From Chloroflexota bacterium (GTDB lineage: Bacteria; Chloroflexota; Dehalococcoidia; GIF9; JBFMDU01), in contig JBFMDU010000014.1 of assembly GCA_040753815.1 (NCBI GenBank), positions 36,527 through 100,526 of the forward strand: 64,000 nt of DNA, read 5' to 3'. This document shows, piece by piece, positions 1 through 9,847 of this stretch (positions are counted from its first letter, which is position 1; the number at the start of each line of letters is the position of its first letter). The notes under the pieces are model-generated. The model had not been told where the DNA came from. It made no database searches and was given only the letters and a program-made list of their open reading frames with translations. The position numbers and the translations under genes were made by a program.

Positions 1-119
1 GGTGCGGGTGCAGGTGCAGGGGCGGCCGGAGCCGGCGCAGTCGGTTGAGCACAAGCCGTTAGGGCGAATGAAGCGACGAGGGCCAGTGCAGCGCATATGA
101 AGAATAATTTCTTAGTCAT
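1..119 (-). CDS. Lipoprotein, N-terminal fragment (gene runs off the window start)
   Basis: Hand translation of the minus strand from the ATG at 119-117 gives MTKKLFFICAALALVASFALTACAQPTAPAPAAPAPAPA. It has a hydrophobic signal peptide, an LTAC lipobox and an Ala/Pro linker. A GGAGG RBS (complement of 128-132) sits 8 nt upstream. It is absent from the ORF track because the frame is open at the window edge. Confidence 0.55.
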   Translation of the reverse strand, partial: MTKKLFFICAALALVASFALTACAQPTAPAPAAPAPAPA

Positions 120-473
120 AAACCCTTCCTCCTTTGTTATCAGAAAACCGTCAGATAAATCCCGTCTACCAGGCTTGCATACTGGCGATACCACCTCCCT
201 TCGCCCTGACACCGGCTCCGGTGTTCAGATGGTGGAGCACGTTACTCCAAGTATTTTGATATTCTACCATACGTTAGGTAGTCTGTAAAACTCCAATGCT
301 AGGATAATAAACTGCATTACTCCATGACAATAAAACCGACAGTGACGCGAGCCTTTTTGGTTAGATCCAGCGCCTGCAAGTATTAGGCCTGTACCACTAT
401 TTATACGATATAGACAAAAGTACTGAATGTCAAGACGTGTTTGCACAGATAAGTCCCTGAAATATTTTCATCT

Positions 474-501
474 TTCAGCCTGATAGACGGGATGCTATAA
501 T
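474..501 (+). promoter_or_regulatory. Candidate promoter with extended -10 (TTCAGC-N16-TATAAT, with a TGC extension immediately 5' of the -10)
   Basis: TGCTATAAT lies at 493-501 and a weak -35-like TTCAGC at 474-479. It sits just upstream of the radical SAM gene. The same TGCTATAAT string recurs upstream of prs. Confidence 0.4.
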
Positions 502-518
502 CACTTTTGGGGTGGACG

Positions 519-1565
519 ATGTTCGAGGCTATTCTTTACGAAAAACTGCCAGGCCTGCAGGTTCAATGCAACGTTTGTCAGTGGCGCTGTAAAATCAACC
601 CTGGACAGCGCGGGGTCTGCCGCATGCGCCTCAACCGTGGCGGACGCCTCGACGTACTCGGGCATGAAGAGGTTTCCTCCGTCGCCGCTGACCCGATTGA
701 AAAGAAACCTCTCTTCCACTTTTTCCCGGGTACCCTGGTTTACTCGCTTGGATCCTGGGGATGCAATTTCCACTGCGTCCATTGTCAGAACTGGGAAATT
801 GCCTGTGTCGATGGCGTACTTGGTTCACGGAAAGTGTCGGCCGAGGCCGCCGTCAATAACGCCAGAAAGATGCACTGCGCCGGCATTGCCTGGACATACA
901 ACGAACCCGCCATTTGGCTCGAGTACACTATCGAGTCGGCCAGGCTGGCACGCAGGAATCAGCTTTATACCGCGTACGTTACTAATGGTTATTTGACTAC
1001 GGAAGCGCTTGATGCAATCGGCCCTTATTTAGATGCATGGCGCGTTGACATCAAAGGGTTCTCGGATGCTTTCTACGAGCACGTAGCCAAAGTACGTCGC
1101 TGGCAGTCTATTCTCGAGGTAACCAAAAGGGCTAAGAAGAAGTGGGGTATGCATATCGAAGTCGTAACCAACGTTATCCCGACGTTGAATGATGATGATG
1201 CCCAGCTCCGCGGTATTGCGAGATGGATTTACCACGAGCTCGGACCGCTGACGCCATGGCACGTGACCCGTTTTTATCCCCACCACAAGCTTGCCAGCCT
1301 ACCGCCAACGCCGATCAAGACTCTGGATAGAAGTGTAGAAATTGGCCGCGACGTCGGCTTGCGTTTCGTCTATACTGGCAATGTCGCTGGCCGTGATGAG
1401 AACACTGTTTGCTACCACTGCAACAAGCTAATCATCACCCGCGTTGGCTATAATGTTCAGTTACTAGGTGCTAAAGGGTCGAAGTGCGACTATTGCGGCT
1501 CCGAGCTTAATATACGGTCCTGGCTGGGTAGGTCTGCACCGCAGGTCCTGTTGGGAGGTGTGTAA
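519..1565 (+). CDS. amrS: AmmeMemoRadiSam system radical SAM enzyme
   Basis: Canonical CNFHCVHC (CX3CX2C) cluster motif. N-terminal Cys pairs (CNVCQWRC...C) and C-terminal CYHC...CDYC. It is directly followed by a Memo/LigB-AMMECR1 gene. The track ORF starts at TTG 507. The ATG at 519 (MFEAILYEK) is the likelier start. Confidence 0.8.
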   Translation: MFEAILYEKLPGLQVQCNVCQWRCKINPGQRGVCRMRLNRGGRLDVLGHEEVSSVAADPIEKKPLFHFFPGTLVYSLGSWGCNFHCVHCQNWEIACVDGVLGSRKVSAEAAVNNARKMHCAGIAWTYNEPAIWLEYTIESARLARRNQLYTAYVTNGYLTTEALDAIGPYLDAWRVDIKGFSDAFYEHVAKVRRWQSILEVTKRAKKKWGMHIEVVTNVIPTLNDDDAQLRGIARWIYHELGPLTPWHVTRFYPHHKLASLPPTPIKTLDRSVEIGRDVGLRFVYTGNVAGRDENTVCYHCNKLIITRVGYNVQLLGAKGSKCDYCGSELNIRSWLGRSAPQVLLGGV

Positions 1566-2881
1566 TGACAGGAATTGTCTTCGGATGCATCGTTCCTCAT
1601 CCACCCCTGATGGTCCCGGGCATCGGCAGAGGTCAGGAGAAGGCCATTTCATCAACAATCGAGGCCATGGAAAAACTATCTACTATGCTTGCCGACCAGA
1701 AGCCCCAGAGCGTTCTTGTCATCAGCCCCCACGGCCGCAGTTTCTCTGACGCTATGGGGATTCTCACAGCGCCTTCTTCAAGCGGTGATTTGAGCAACTG
1801 GGGAGTATCTGGCCATGGGATCCAATTTGCCAACGACCTTGATATCGTCAAGCTGATACAGGAAGAAGCACGGCAAGCCGGCATCCCGTTACGCTCGATA
1901 GGCGATAAGCATTACGAGCTTGACCATGGCGTAATGGCGCCATTCCATTATCTGGCAAGGTCAATTAGGGACGCAGCACTTGTGGCCGTTACCTTCTGCT
2001 GGCTTTCACCCGTCACGCATTTTGACTTTGGCAAAGCCATCCGGCGTGCTGCGGAACGCAGTGGTAAGCGGGTCGCTATTATCGCCAGCGGCGACCTCTC
2101 TCACCGGCTCATCCCTCAAGCGCCGGCAGGTTATGACCCGGCTGGTAAAACGTTCGACGAGCGCTTGGTTATCGCTATTAAGTCTATGGATACAGGCACC
2201 ATACTTAATTTTGACCCTGACTTTGTCGAACACGCCGGGGAATGCGGCTATCGTTCAATCCTCATACTTCTGGGCGCTCTCGAAGGACTGAAGGCAACAT
2301 CACAGGTCCTTGCTTATGAAGGCCCCTTCGGTGTTGGCTACCTCACCGCCGCCCTCAACGTGCCTCCTAAAACTGATCCTCACCCGCTGGTCAAGCTGGT
2401 CAAAGAAACCGTGGAGGCATACATTACGTCTGGCAAGACTCCCAAAATTATGCAGACAACGGCGGAGATGAAAGAGAGGGCTGGAGTTTTTGTCTGTATC
2501 AAGAAACACGGCAACCTCAGAGGCTGTATCGGTACCTTTGAACCGACGACGCCCAGCATCGCCGCCGAAACGGTCAGGAATGCCATTGGAGCCGCTACTC
2601 AGGACCCGAGGTTCCCGCCAGTATCCGCAAACGAGCTCTCTGACCTTGAATATTCGGTTGACGTTCTTACCCACCCGGAGCCGGTGGGTGACCCATACAA
2701 GCTTGACCCGAAAAAGGATGGACTTATCGTCCAGAGCAGTCATCGCCGCGGTCTGCTCCTTCCTGACCTTGAAGGAGTGGACACCGTCCAACAGCAGATT
2801 GAGATATGCTGTGCCAAAGCTGGCATCGATCCAGCCGAGCCGCTCAAGTTTTACACTTTTCAGGTGAGAAGGTACCAGTGA
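1565..2881 (+). CDS. Fusion protein: class-III extradiol dioxygenase/Memo-like (LigB superfamily) N-domain plus AMMECR1 C-domain
   Basis: The N-terminus reads [12 protein letters not shown]...VISPHG...ASGDLSHRL, which is LigB/Memo-like. The C-terminus has the AMMECR1 hallmarks [11 protein letters not shown] and QDPRFPPV. Its start overlaps the amrS stop (ATGA-type junction at 1565). Confidence 0.8.
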   Translation: MTGIVFGCIVPHPPLMVPGIGRGQEKAISSTIEAMEKLSTMLADQKPQSVLVISPHGRSFSDAMGILTAPSSSGDLSNWGVSGHGIQFANDLDIVKLIQEEARQAGIPLRSIGDKHYELDHGVMAPFHYLARSIRDAALVAVTFCWLSPVTHFDFGKAIRRAAERSGKRVAIIASGDLSHRLIPQAPAGYDPAGKTFDERLVIAIKSMDTGTILNFDPDFVEHAGECGYRSILILLGALEGLKATSQVLAYEGPFGVGYLTAALNVPPKTDPHPLVKLVKETVEAYITSGKTPKIMQTTAEMKERAGVFVCIKKHGNLRGCIGTFEPTTPSIAAETVRNAIGAATQDPRFPPVSANELSDLEYSVDVLTHPEPVGDPYKLDPKKDGLIVQSSHRRGLLLPDLEGVDTVQQQIEICCAKAGIDPAEPLKFYTFQVRRYQ

Positions 2882-4242
2882 CTCTCTTCAATCTGGATGA
2901 GGCCGGCAAGCCGCCGCTTCGCAGGACCACTAAGGAAATGCCCCTGGCGGCGCGTATGCGCCCCCGCGACTTCAGTGAGTTTGTCGGCCAGCAGAACCTC
3001 GTAGGAGAAGGCCGTATCCTGCGTAAAAGCATCGAGTCCGACCAGCTTCCTTCCATTATCCTCTGGGGACCGCCGGGCAGTGGCAAGACTACTCTCGCCT
3101 ATGTCATTGCCAACGTGACCAAGTCTCACTTCAGCCCATTGAGCGCCGTCACTGCCGGTGTGGCCGACCTGCGTAAAGTAATTGACGAAGCCCGCCTGCG
3201 ATTGAAACAGACCGGACAGCGGACTATCCTTTTCGTCGATGAAATCCATCGCTTTAACAAATCACAGCAAGACGCCGTTCTCCCCTTTGTCGAGGATGGC
3301 ACCGTTACCCTTATCGGCGCTACTACCGAAAATCCATCGTTCGAAGTAATATCAGCACTGCTGTCACGCTGCCGTGTCTTCGCTCTAAATGCCCTTACCA
3401 ACGATGAGATACTCACGGTTGTCAGAAGCGCACTGACTGATGCCGAGCGCGGCATGGCCAGATGGGAGCCTCAAATTGATGAAGAAGCGCTAAAACACCT
3501 GGTTATCATGTCTAACGGGGATGCCCGAGTCGCACTCAACGCCCTGGAAATGGCTACCCTCAGCACCAAGCCGGATGCGTCCGGCAAACGCCATATCAAC
3601 CTCGTCACCGTTGAGGACGCTCTCCAGCACCGCGCTTTGCTTTATGATAAGGATGGCGACCAGCACTACGACCTGATATCAGCCCTTCATAAATCACTGC
3701 GAGGTTCTGACCCCGACGCCGCTCTCTACTGGCTCGGCCGGATGCTCGAAGCTGGTGAAGACCCGCTTTACATCATCCGGCGCATGATACGCTTCGCTTC
3801 GGAAGATGTTGGCATGGCCGATCCACAGGCACTGGTCGTTGCCATGGCTGCCCAGCAGGCGGTACACTTCGTAGGGATGCCAGAGGCCAACCTGGCGCTT
3901 GCACAGGCTGCTGTCTACCTGGCGACTGCACCCAAGAGTAATTCTCTTTATGCCGCCTACTCTAAAGTTCAGCGCGATGTCCAGACTAGCCGGACTGAGC
4001 CGGTACCCCTTCATTTACGAAACCCTGTAACCAATCTTATGCGTGAACTGGACTACGGTAAAGGTTACAAGTATGCCCATGATTACCCCGGCCACTTTAT
4101 CGAGCAAGAGAACCTCCCTAAAACCATGAAAGGCAGACGTTACTACCAACCTAGCGATCAGGGGTTCGAAAAGACCATCACCGCCCGGCTAAAAGCCTGG
4201 TGGTCCAGCAGACACGGCAAGAATGAACCCGCTCCGGGTTAG
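2878..4242 (+). CDS. rarA: Replication-associated recombination protein A (AAA+ ATPase)
   Basis: Walker [12 protein letters not shown], Walker [10 protein letters not shown], and MgsA-type C-terminal domain strings ([31 protein letters not shown]). The track ORF (2806) overlaps the upstream gene by 76 nt. GTG 2878 overlaps the upstream stop (GTGA). ATG 2938 is an alternative start. Confidence 0.9.
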   Translation: MTLFNLDEAGKPPLRRTTKEMPLAARMRPRDFSEFVGQQNLVGEGRILRKSIESDQLPSIILWGPPGSGKTTLAYVIANVTKSHFSPLSAVTAGVADLRKVIDEARLRLKQTGQRTILFVDEIHRFNKSQQDAVLPFVEDGTVTLIGATTENPSFEVISALLSRCRVFALNALTNDEILTVVRSALTDAERGMARWEPQIDEEALKHLVIMSNGDARVALNALEMATLSTKPDASGKRHINLVTVEDALQHRALLYDKDGDQHYDLISALHKSLRGSDPDAALYWLGRMLEAGEDPLYIIRRMIRFASEDVGMADPQALVVAMAAQQAVHFVGMPEANLALAQAAVYLATAPKSNSLYAAYSKVQRDVQTSRTEPVPLHLRNPVTNLMRELDYGKGYKYAHDYPGHFIEQENLPKTMKGRRYYQPSDQGFEKTITARLKAWWSSRHGKNEPAPG

Positions 4243-4858
4243 TTTCCCCAGCGGCACCCTGACGCTTGAGGGCAGTCTCACCCTGCCGGAAGCGGCTACC
4301 CGTGTGCCGGCTGTTGCCGTCTGTCACCCCCATCCTCTCTACGGCGGCTCGATGTATAACAATGTTGTTGATGCCATCATTTCAGCTTTAACCGAGCGCC
4401 ACATCGCCTCATTTAAGTTCAACTTCCGCGGCACCGGACAAAGTGAAGGGGAACACGATAACGGCAACGGCGAACAGGACGACCTCATCGCCGCACTGGA
4501 CTATCTGACCAGCCGGAACGAAATCGACAGCCGCCGCCTCGGCGTCGTTGGTTACTCCTTCGGCGGTATGGTCGCCGCCAGGCTGGCCAGCCGCGAAAAA
4601 CGCATCAAGACCCTCGCCCTTGTCTCCCCTGCCCTCTCCCCACCCGACTTAAGCAGACTCAAGGACCTGGCTTGTCCGGTTCTCATCATCAGCGGCGACC
4701 GTGACGATTTCGTTCCCTCAGCATCAGTACGCGCTCTCCAGAAATACTTACCGCAGCCATCTCTCGCGGAAACGGTTGCCTCAGCCGACCATTTCTGGTG
4801 GGGACAGGAAAAAACTATGGCCGATAAGGTGGCTGATTACCTTTTGTCCCATCTTTAA
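4223..4858 (+). CDS. Alpha/beta hydrolase (dienelactone hydrolase-like)
   Basis: GYSFGG nucleophile elbow (GxSxG), with a later SGDRDDFV Asp and ADHFW His. About 210 aa. Confidence 0.7.
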   Translation: MNPLRVSFPSGTLTLEGSLTLPEAATRVPAVAVCHPHPLYGGSMYNNVVDAIISALTERHIASFKFNFRGTGQSEGEHDNGNGEQDDLIAALDYLTSRNEIDSRRLGVVGYSFGGMVAARLASREKRIKTLALVSPALSPPDLSRLKDLACPVLIISGDRDDFVPSASVRALQKYLPQPSLAETVASADHFWWGQEKTMADKVADYLLSHL

Positions 4859-4933
4859 CCAGCGGCAATTCCGGTGGTAGACATAAGACTAATACGGTAT
4901 AATGCCGCCCACCAAATCAAGACCAGGAGCGTC

Positions 4934-5623
4934 ATGAACCCGAAAGTACTTCATAAACTCAGCTACGGTCTCTATGTCGTAACCAGCTGTGATGGCGATA
5001 GAATCAATGGGCAGATTGCCAATACCGTGTTTCAGATAGCGTCGGAGCCGGCCACTATCGCCGTAAGCATTAACAAACAGAACCTGACCCATCAGTTCAT
5101 CACCAAATCCCACGTATTTGCGGCATCCATACTCTCCCGTGATACACCGCTCTCTTTCGTTGGCCAGTTTGGCTTCAAATCGGGGCGGGATACCAACAAA
5201 TTCGCCAACGTCAATTATCGGGTAGGAAAGACTGGAGCGCCTATCGTAATCGATAACAGCCTCGCTTATATCGAAGCCGAGGTCATCAACCAGATGGACT
5301 GCGGCACCCACACCATATTTGTCGGCAGAGTCGTTGATGGGGAGACGCTCAGAGATACCGAGCCTATGACTTATGCTTACTATCACGAAGTCAAGCGCGG
5401 GACCGCGCCGAAGACAGCACCCACATATATTAAAGAAGAACCAGAGGAGGAGTCCCAGAAAATGGCCAAGTACCGATGTTCTGTCTGCGGTTACGTTTAT
5501 GATCCGGCTAAGGGCGATCCTGACTCCGGCGTGGCCCCCGGTACGCCGTTCGAAAAGCTGCCAGAAAACTGGGTATGCCCGGTCTGCGGCGCCGCTAAAG
5601 ACATGTTCGAAAAGATCGCTTAA
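4934..5623 (+). CDS. Flavin reductase domain fused to a C-terminal rubredoxin (high-molecular-weight rubredoxin type)
   Basis: The N-terminus has a flavin-reductase-like FMN-binding pattern ([10 protein letters not shown]...). The C-terminus is [12 protein letters not shown]...[13 protein letters not shown], i.e. rubredoxin CxxCG...CPxCG. AGGAG RBS at 4925-4929 before ATG 4934. Confidence 0.8.
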   Translation: MNPKVLHKLSYGLYVVTSCDGDRINGQIANTVFQIASEPATIAVSINKQNLTHQFITKSHVFAASILSRDTPLSFVGQFGFKSGRDTNKFANVNYRVGKTGAPIVIDNSLAYIEAEVINQMDCGTHTIFVGRVVDGETLRDTEPMTYAYYHEVKRGTAPKTAPTYIKEEPEEESQKMAKYRCSVCGYVYDPAKGDPDSGVAPGTPFEKLPENWVCPVCGAAKDMFEKIA

Positions 5624-5628
5624 GCCGC

Positions 5629-6777
5629 CTACTCAATACCTGTTTTACGGCCGTATTCTCGATTTTTCCACTGCACCCCCCAGCCCGCCACGCGGCGAGA
5701 AAATGCCCACAGGCTGTCCACAAAGAAGAAGGATAACCCGACCGGATGCAGTATGGTCGAGAAGATAGACTCTTTGAAGTGCCGCTTGAGCAGGTATCGC
5801 ATCAACAGGACAATCAACACCTGGGCAATTAGAAGATTGCGCCACTCCGACGCCGATGTCGCCCAGAAGATATCGTTCCATAACCAGTAGAATGGCGACA
5901 GGAAAAAGATATAGGCTATGGCCATCAGGCTAAACAGGGCAAGCGGTGAAAAAGCCGCTACCGAGTACATGTTCTTGGCAAAGCCCTGCCACATTGACCT
6001 GAAGCTGCCATACATGTGACATGATACCACCGATGAGAGGTCAGCCAGCATAATCCGTCCGTCATGACGGCAAACTTCAGCTCCCAGCCATACATCCTCC
6101 GTAACCCTTGATTTTACTGCCTCGTGACCACCGACCCGCCAGTACTCATCACGCCGGAATAGAAAGAACTGCCCGATTGTAACCGAAGGCTTCGAGTCCT
6201 CACATCGCTGGAGCCACCACAGCGGCGCCCATGCCAGGATTATGAAGTAGAAGACCGGAATGACCACTTTCTGCGAAAGTGTTGTGGTAAGCTGGCGGGG
6301 GAACCCGCACAAGAGCGATGGACACTCCTCCAGAGCCAGGGCCATGACGCTCTTTAGCATTTGTGGCTCATGCCTGGTATCAGCATCAACAAAAAGCAAC
6401 CATGCTCCCCGGGCGGCTCTGGCAAGCTGATGACAGGCAAACGCTTTGCCTGACCAGCCAGGAGGTAATGGTGCCCCGTCAAGCACCTGCACCCGGCTGT
6501 CCATTGCAGCAATTCCCTTAGCTATGGCATATGTTCTATCCGTCGAGTTGTCATCGAGAACGAGTATTTCATAGGCCGGATAGTCCTGCCTCTGCAGACA
6601 CTCGATACAGGCCTCAATGTTGTGTTCTTCGTTTCTGGCCGGGACGAGAACTGAGACGAAAGGCGCAGGAGACGGCATACAGGCATTTGCCTGAGGGGCC
6701 CGGAGGCTCCTGAGGTTCATTATCAGATTGAGCAGGAAAATGACGAGACCAGCAAGGATGAGTATTTGCAGAATCAA
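5629..6777 (-). CDS. Membrane glycosyltransferase family 2
   Basis: N-terminal TM segment, then VSVLVPARNEE...VLDDNSTDRT...FVDADT (GT-A DxD-type motifs), with multiple C-terminal TM segments. Confidence 0.75.
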   Translation of the reverse strand: MILQILILAGLVIFLLNLIMNLRSLRAPQANACMPSPAPFVSVLVPARNEEHNIEACIECLQRQDYPAYEILVLDDNSTDRTYAIAKGIAAMDSRVQVLDGAPLPPGWSGKAFACHQLARAARGAWLLFVDADTRHEPQMLKSVMALALEECPSLLCGFPRQLTTTLSQKVVIPVFYFIILAWAPLWWLQRCEDSKPSVTIGQFFLFRRDEYWRVGGHEAVKSRVTEDVWLGAEVCRHDGRIMLADLSSVVSCHMYGSFRSMWQGFAKNMYSVAAFSPLALFSLMAIAYIFFLSPFYWLWNDIFWATSASEWRNLLIAQVLIVLLMRYLLKRHFKESIFSTILHPVGLSFFFVDSLWAFSRRVAGWGVQWKNREYGRKTGIE

Positions 6778-6798
6778 CCCGGCCTTACCTCACCGTAT

Positions 6799-7428
6799 TC
6801 AGGCGCCGCGCCTTATCGAGTTGAACCATGACACCGGTTTAACCCTTACATGAGGTGCTGTGCGTAGTCCCTGAATATGCTTGGTCCCGAGGACCAGTAA
6901 AAGGCTCCCCACGAACAAGACAGTCCACACATCTTTGCCAGCGACTATAACGTAGACCAGCGTCCCAATTATTGAGAGCGTCACTTCCCAGGCGTCGCTC
7001 TCCATCTCAATGAAGAGAAATGCCACTGCCATGAGCAGTACGAACGCGATGAAAACGTCCAGGTGCGGCAGGACGAGCAAGACTCCTCCTGTTGTTGCCG
7101 TTGCCTTGCCGCCGCGGAACCCGAGAAATGGCGAGTACATGTGGCCGAGCACTGCCAGAAGGGCCATCGCGTAGAGTGAAGGTTCGGATAAGCCGAGGTA
7201 ATAATGAGCGAACAGGATCGGCGGCGCCCCCTTAAGGATATCGGCGAAAACTGCTGTAAAACCCCACCCCCTGCCGCCAGCACGGAACACATTCGTCGCT
7301 CCAGGATTGTGGTCGCCGTATTCGGTAATATCCTTACCTAGAAACCGGCGGCCAATCCATACCGAAAATGGACAGGAACCCAGCCAGAAGGCAGTCACCA
7401 TCAACAACGCCGAATACAGTAATACCAT
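6799..7428 (-). CDS. plsY: Glycerol-3-phosphate acyltransferase PlsY
   Basis: HNPGATNVFRAGG and GHMYSPFLGFRGGKATATTGG motifs in a polytopic protein of about 200 aa. Confidence 0.85.
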   Translation of the reverse strand: MVLLYSALLMVTAFWLGSCPFSVWIGRRFLGKDITEYGDHNPGATNVFRAGGRGWGFTAVFADILKGAPPILFAHYYLGLSEPSLYAMALLAVLGHMYSPFLGFRGGKATATTGGVLLVLPHLDVFIAFVLLMAVAFLFIEMESDAWEVTLSIIGTLVYVIVAGKDVWTVLFVGSLLLVLGTKHIQGLRTAPHVRVKPVSWFNSIRRGA

Positions 7429-7463
7429 GTCTCCGGCTCCGCCGTTACTTCATGTACCTCGAT

Positions 7464-7479
7464 ATACTAGGTATAGTAT
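7464..7479. promoter_or_regulatory. Inverted repeat ATACTA-GGTA-TAGTAT in the divergent plsY / radical-SAM intergenic region
   Basis: Seen directly. Each arm reads as a -10-like box on its own strand (TATAGT on plus, TAGTAT on minus). The function is unproven. Confidence 0.3.
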
Positions 7480-7569
7480 AGCCTCATGGGCATGTCCCGT
7501 CAATTATTTTCAGGTTGAGAAGCTGGCAAGGTTAAGATAAAATTTCTCATTCATGAGCTATGGAAATCT

Positions 7570-8514
7570 ATGAGTAACCAGTCCCGATTTCAAAGGCCGG
7601 ACATCCTCCGGCCCCCCAGCGAATGGGACAGTTATTATCTCCCGCTTACGCACGGGTGTTCCAACAACACCTGCGCTTTCTGCTCCTTCTACGGATCCAG
7701 GCTTCAGGTGCGGGACATTGCCGAGGTCAAAGCTGAAATCGATGCCCTCGCCCTTTACATGAAGCATGGCATCCATACCCCGGGTATGCCCGGCATCATC
7801 TACGGCATCGCCCGGGAGTGGGATGGCAGAAAGGTATTCCTGCAGGATGGTGACGCCCTGGCCTATCCCTTCCCCAAACTTCTCGAGGCGCTAGACTACC
7901 TCAACGCCAAATTACCTGACATTGAGCGCATCGCCAGCTATGCTACTCCTCAGGACATCCTGCGTCGGACGGCGGCCGAGTTAAAGCAATTAAAAGCCAG
8001 AAAGCTTGGCATACTTTACATGGGCGTCGAGAGCGGCGATGACGAGGTGCTGAAAGCAATCGGCAAGGGCGTCACTCATGACCAGATTGTCCAGGCCGGT
8101 CGGAAGGTCAAGGAGAGCGGCATCGCCCTCTCGGTAACCGTCATCCTGGGGCTGGCCGGTGTTGAAGGGAGCGACCGGCACAGCCGCGAGACTGCCAGAA
8201 TCCTCATCGAGCTTGATCCCGACTACGCCGGAGCCCTGACCCTCATCCTCGTGCCCGGAACTCCTATCTACCGACAGGTGGAGCAGGGCACGTTCCACCT
8301 GATAACACCGCTCCGGTCACTGGAGGAGCTGAGAATCCTTGTTGCCGAGTCCCGTTTCTCCAACTGCTTCTTCAGTTCCATGCACGCATCCAACTACCTC
8401 TCCATCCGCGGGCGTCTCCCCGGGGACAGACAGCGGATGCTGAAACAGCTTGACGAAGTCTGTGCCAGAAAAGACCCGGCCCTGCTCCGCCCTGAGTTCA
8501 TGCGTGCTTTGTAA
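7570..8514 (+). CDS. Radical SAM protein with non-canonical CX4CX2C cluster motif (ELP3-like spacing)
   Basis: The DNA at 7657-7683 reads tgt tcc aac aac acc tgc gct ttc tgc, which translates to C-SNNT-C-AF-C. Downstream LQDGDAL and YMGVESGDDEVL are typical radical SAM core strings. Confidence 0.7.
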   Translation: MSNQSRFQRPDILRPPSEWDSYYLPLTHGCSNNTCAFCSFYGSRLQVRDIAEVKAEIDALALYMKHGIHTPGMPGIIYGIAREWDGRKVFLQDGDALAYPFPKLLEALDYLNAKLPDIERIASYATPQDILRRTAAELKQLKARKLGILYMGVESGDDEVLKAIGKGVTHDQIVQAGRKVKESGIALSVTVILGLAGVEGSDRHSRETARILIELDPDYAGALTLILVPGTPIYRQVEQGTFHLITPLRSLEELRILVAESRFSNCFFSSMHASNYLSIRGRLPGDRQRMLKQLDEVCARKDPALLRPEFMRAL

Positions 8515-8528
8515 CCGCTGCTAAAGCC

Positions 8529-9782
8529 TTATGTAGCAGTTGGTGACACCGATTCCACACGCGGCTTGCCCGCCAGCAACAGCAGTGGCCCCGTGGCAAA
8601 TGTGACCGCGGCAAAGACCAGCCAGATAAGCTGGTAGCTCTTGTTCACGTCAAATACCCAACCCGCCAGCACTGGCGCCGTCAGGCCGCCGACCTGCGTG
8701 ACTGCCAGAATCATACCTTGAATCGAGCCGAAAGCGGCGCGTCCAAAGTACTCGCGCTGGAGCGCCGGACGGCCCACGAATGTGCCTCCAAACGCCGGCC
8801 CGTAGAGTGCCAGAAAGACTACGAACTGCCACAACTGCGTACCGAGAGCAAAAAAGGTAAGCCCTACCCCCTGAAGTGCCATCGCCGCGAACAGCACTCG
8901 CCGGTGGCCGTATCTATCGCCCAGCCAGCCAAATACCAGCCGGCCAGCGATGCTGGTAACCGGAATGAGCATTCCGATTACTGCCCCGAGTTCCGGAGGC
9001 AGGTTAACGCTTATAAAGAACGGCATAGCGTGGAGGGTCACAGCGCTGGTCACGCCCATGTGGACAAGAAATACGACCGATAAGACCCAGAAGGCGCGGG
9101 TCTTGACCGCACGCCTTACTGTGAAATCGTCAGCGGCCGCTGGCTGTCCCTTGGTCACCGTTATGGCCGCTCCAGCCCCGGCCTTTTCGCCGTCAGGTAG
9201 TAACCCGAGTTCCTCCGGCCGGTGGCGCAGGAACACCGCCGCCGGGATAACGATAGCCCATGTTGCTAGACCGAGGACCACCAATGTCGTGCGCCAATCA
9301 TAGGCGCCAATCATCCACACGATAATTGGTAGAAAAATACCGCCAAGACCGTAGCCAATCAGGGTAAGACCTATCGCCCTCCCTGCTTTTTTTCTGAACC
9401 AGTTGGCCACTGCCGTAACAGTTACGCCATGTCCCATGCCGGTAAGCCCTATGGAATAGATAAAGAACCCGAGGTAAAATATCAATAATGTATTGGTGAG
9501 GCTCAGAGTAATGTAGCCCAGCCCGCCGATGATCCCGCCCACCAGTGCTACCCTCCTTGGCCCGAACCGGTCAGCCAGGAAACCGACAAAAGGAGCAATC
9601 AGCCCGATTTCGACGCTCCTGAGCGACCCGGCTATCGAAACTTCAAGGTAGCTCCAGCCGAACTGGTCGACGACCGGCTTGATGAACGCGGTGATGCAAT
9701 AGAAGCCAACGCCGCCCCAGAACGAGATGACGGCGGCGGTTACAACAATCCACCAGCCATAAAAAAACCCAGGCCGCTTCAT
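8529..9782 (-). CDS. MFS transporter
   Basis: About 12 predicted hydrophobic helices, FLADRFGPRR and LGDRYGHRR loop motifs (MFS signature D-R-x-G-R-R), and a central hydrophilic loop. Confidence 0.8.
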   Translation of the reverse strand: MKRPGFFYGWWIVVTAAVISFWGGVGFYCITAFIKPVVDQFGWSYLEVSIAGSLRSVEIGLIAPFVGFLADRFGPRRVALVGGIIGGLGYITLSLTNTLLIFYLGFFIYSIGLTGMGHGVTVTAVANWFRKKAGRAIGLTLIGYGLGGIFLPIIVWMIGAYDWRTTLVVLGLATWAIVIPAAVFLRHRPEELGLLPDGEKAGAGAAITVTKGQPAAADDFTVRRAVKTRAFWVLSVVFLVHMGVTSAVTLHAMPFFISVNLPPELGAVIGMLIPVTSIAGRLVFGWLGDRYGHRRVLFAAMALQGVGLTFFALGTQLWQFVVFLALYGPAFGGTFVGRPALQREYFGRAAFGSIQGMILAVTQVGGLTAPVLAGWVFDVNKSYQLIWLVFAAVTFATGPLLLLAGKPRVESVSPTAT

Positions 9783-9847
9783 ACGCTGAAAACCAGGCTA
9801 ACCGGGCTAAAAATCAGAGGCCGCAGTACCTCTGCTAAGGCCGTTGA

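Noticed and set aside
2806-2877. N-terminal extension of rarA suggested by the ORF track
   Set aside because: It would overlap the AMMECR1-fusion gene by 76 nt. GTG 2878 gives a stop/start overlap, and the conserved RarA sequence begins after that.
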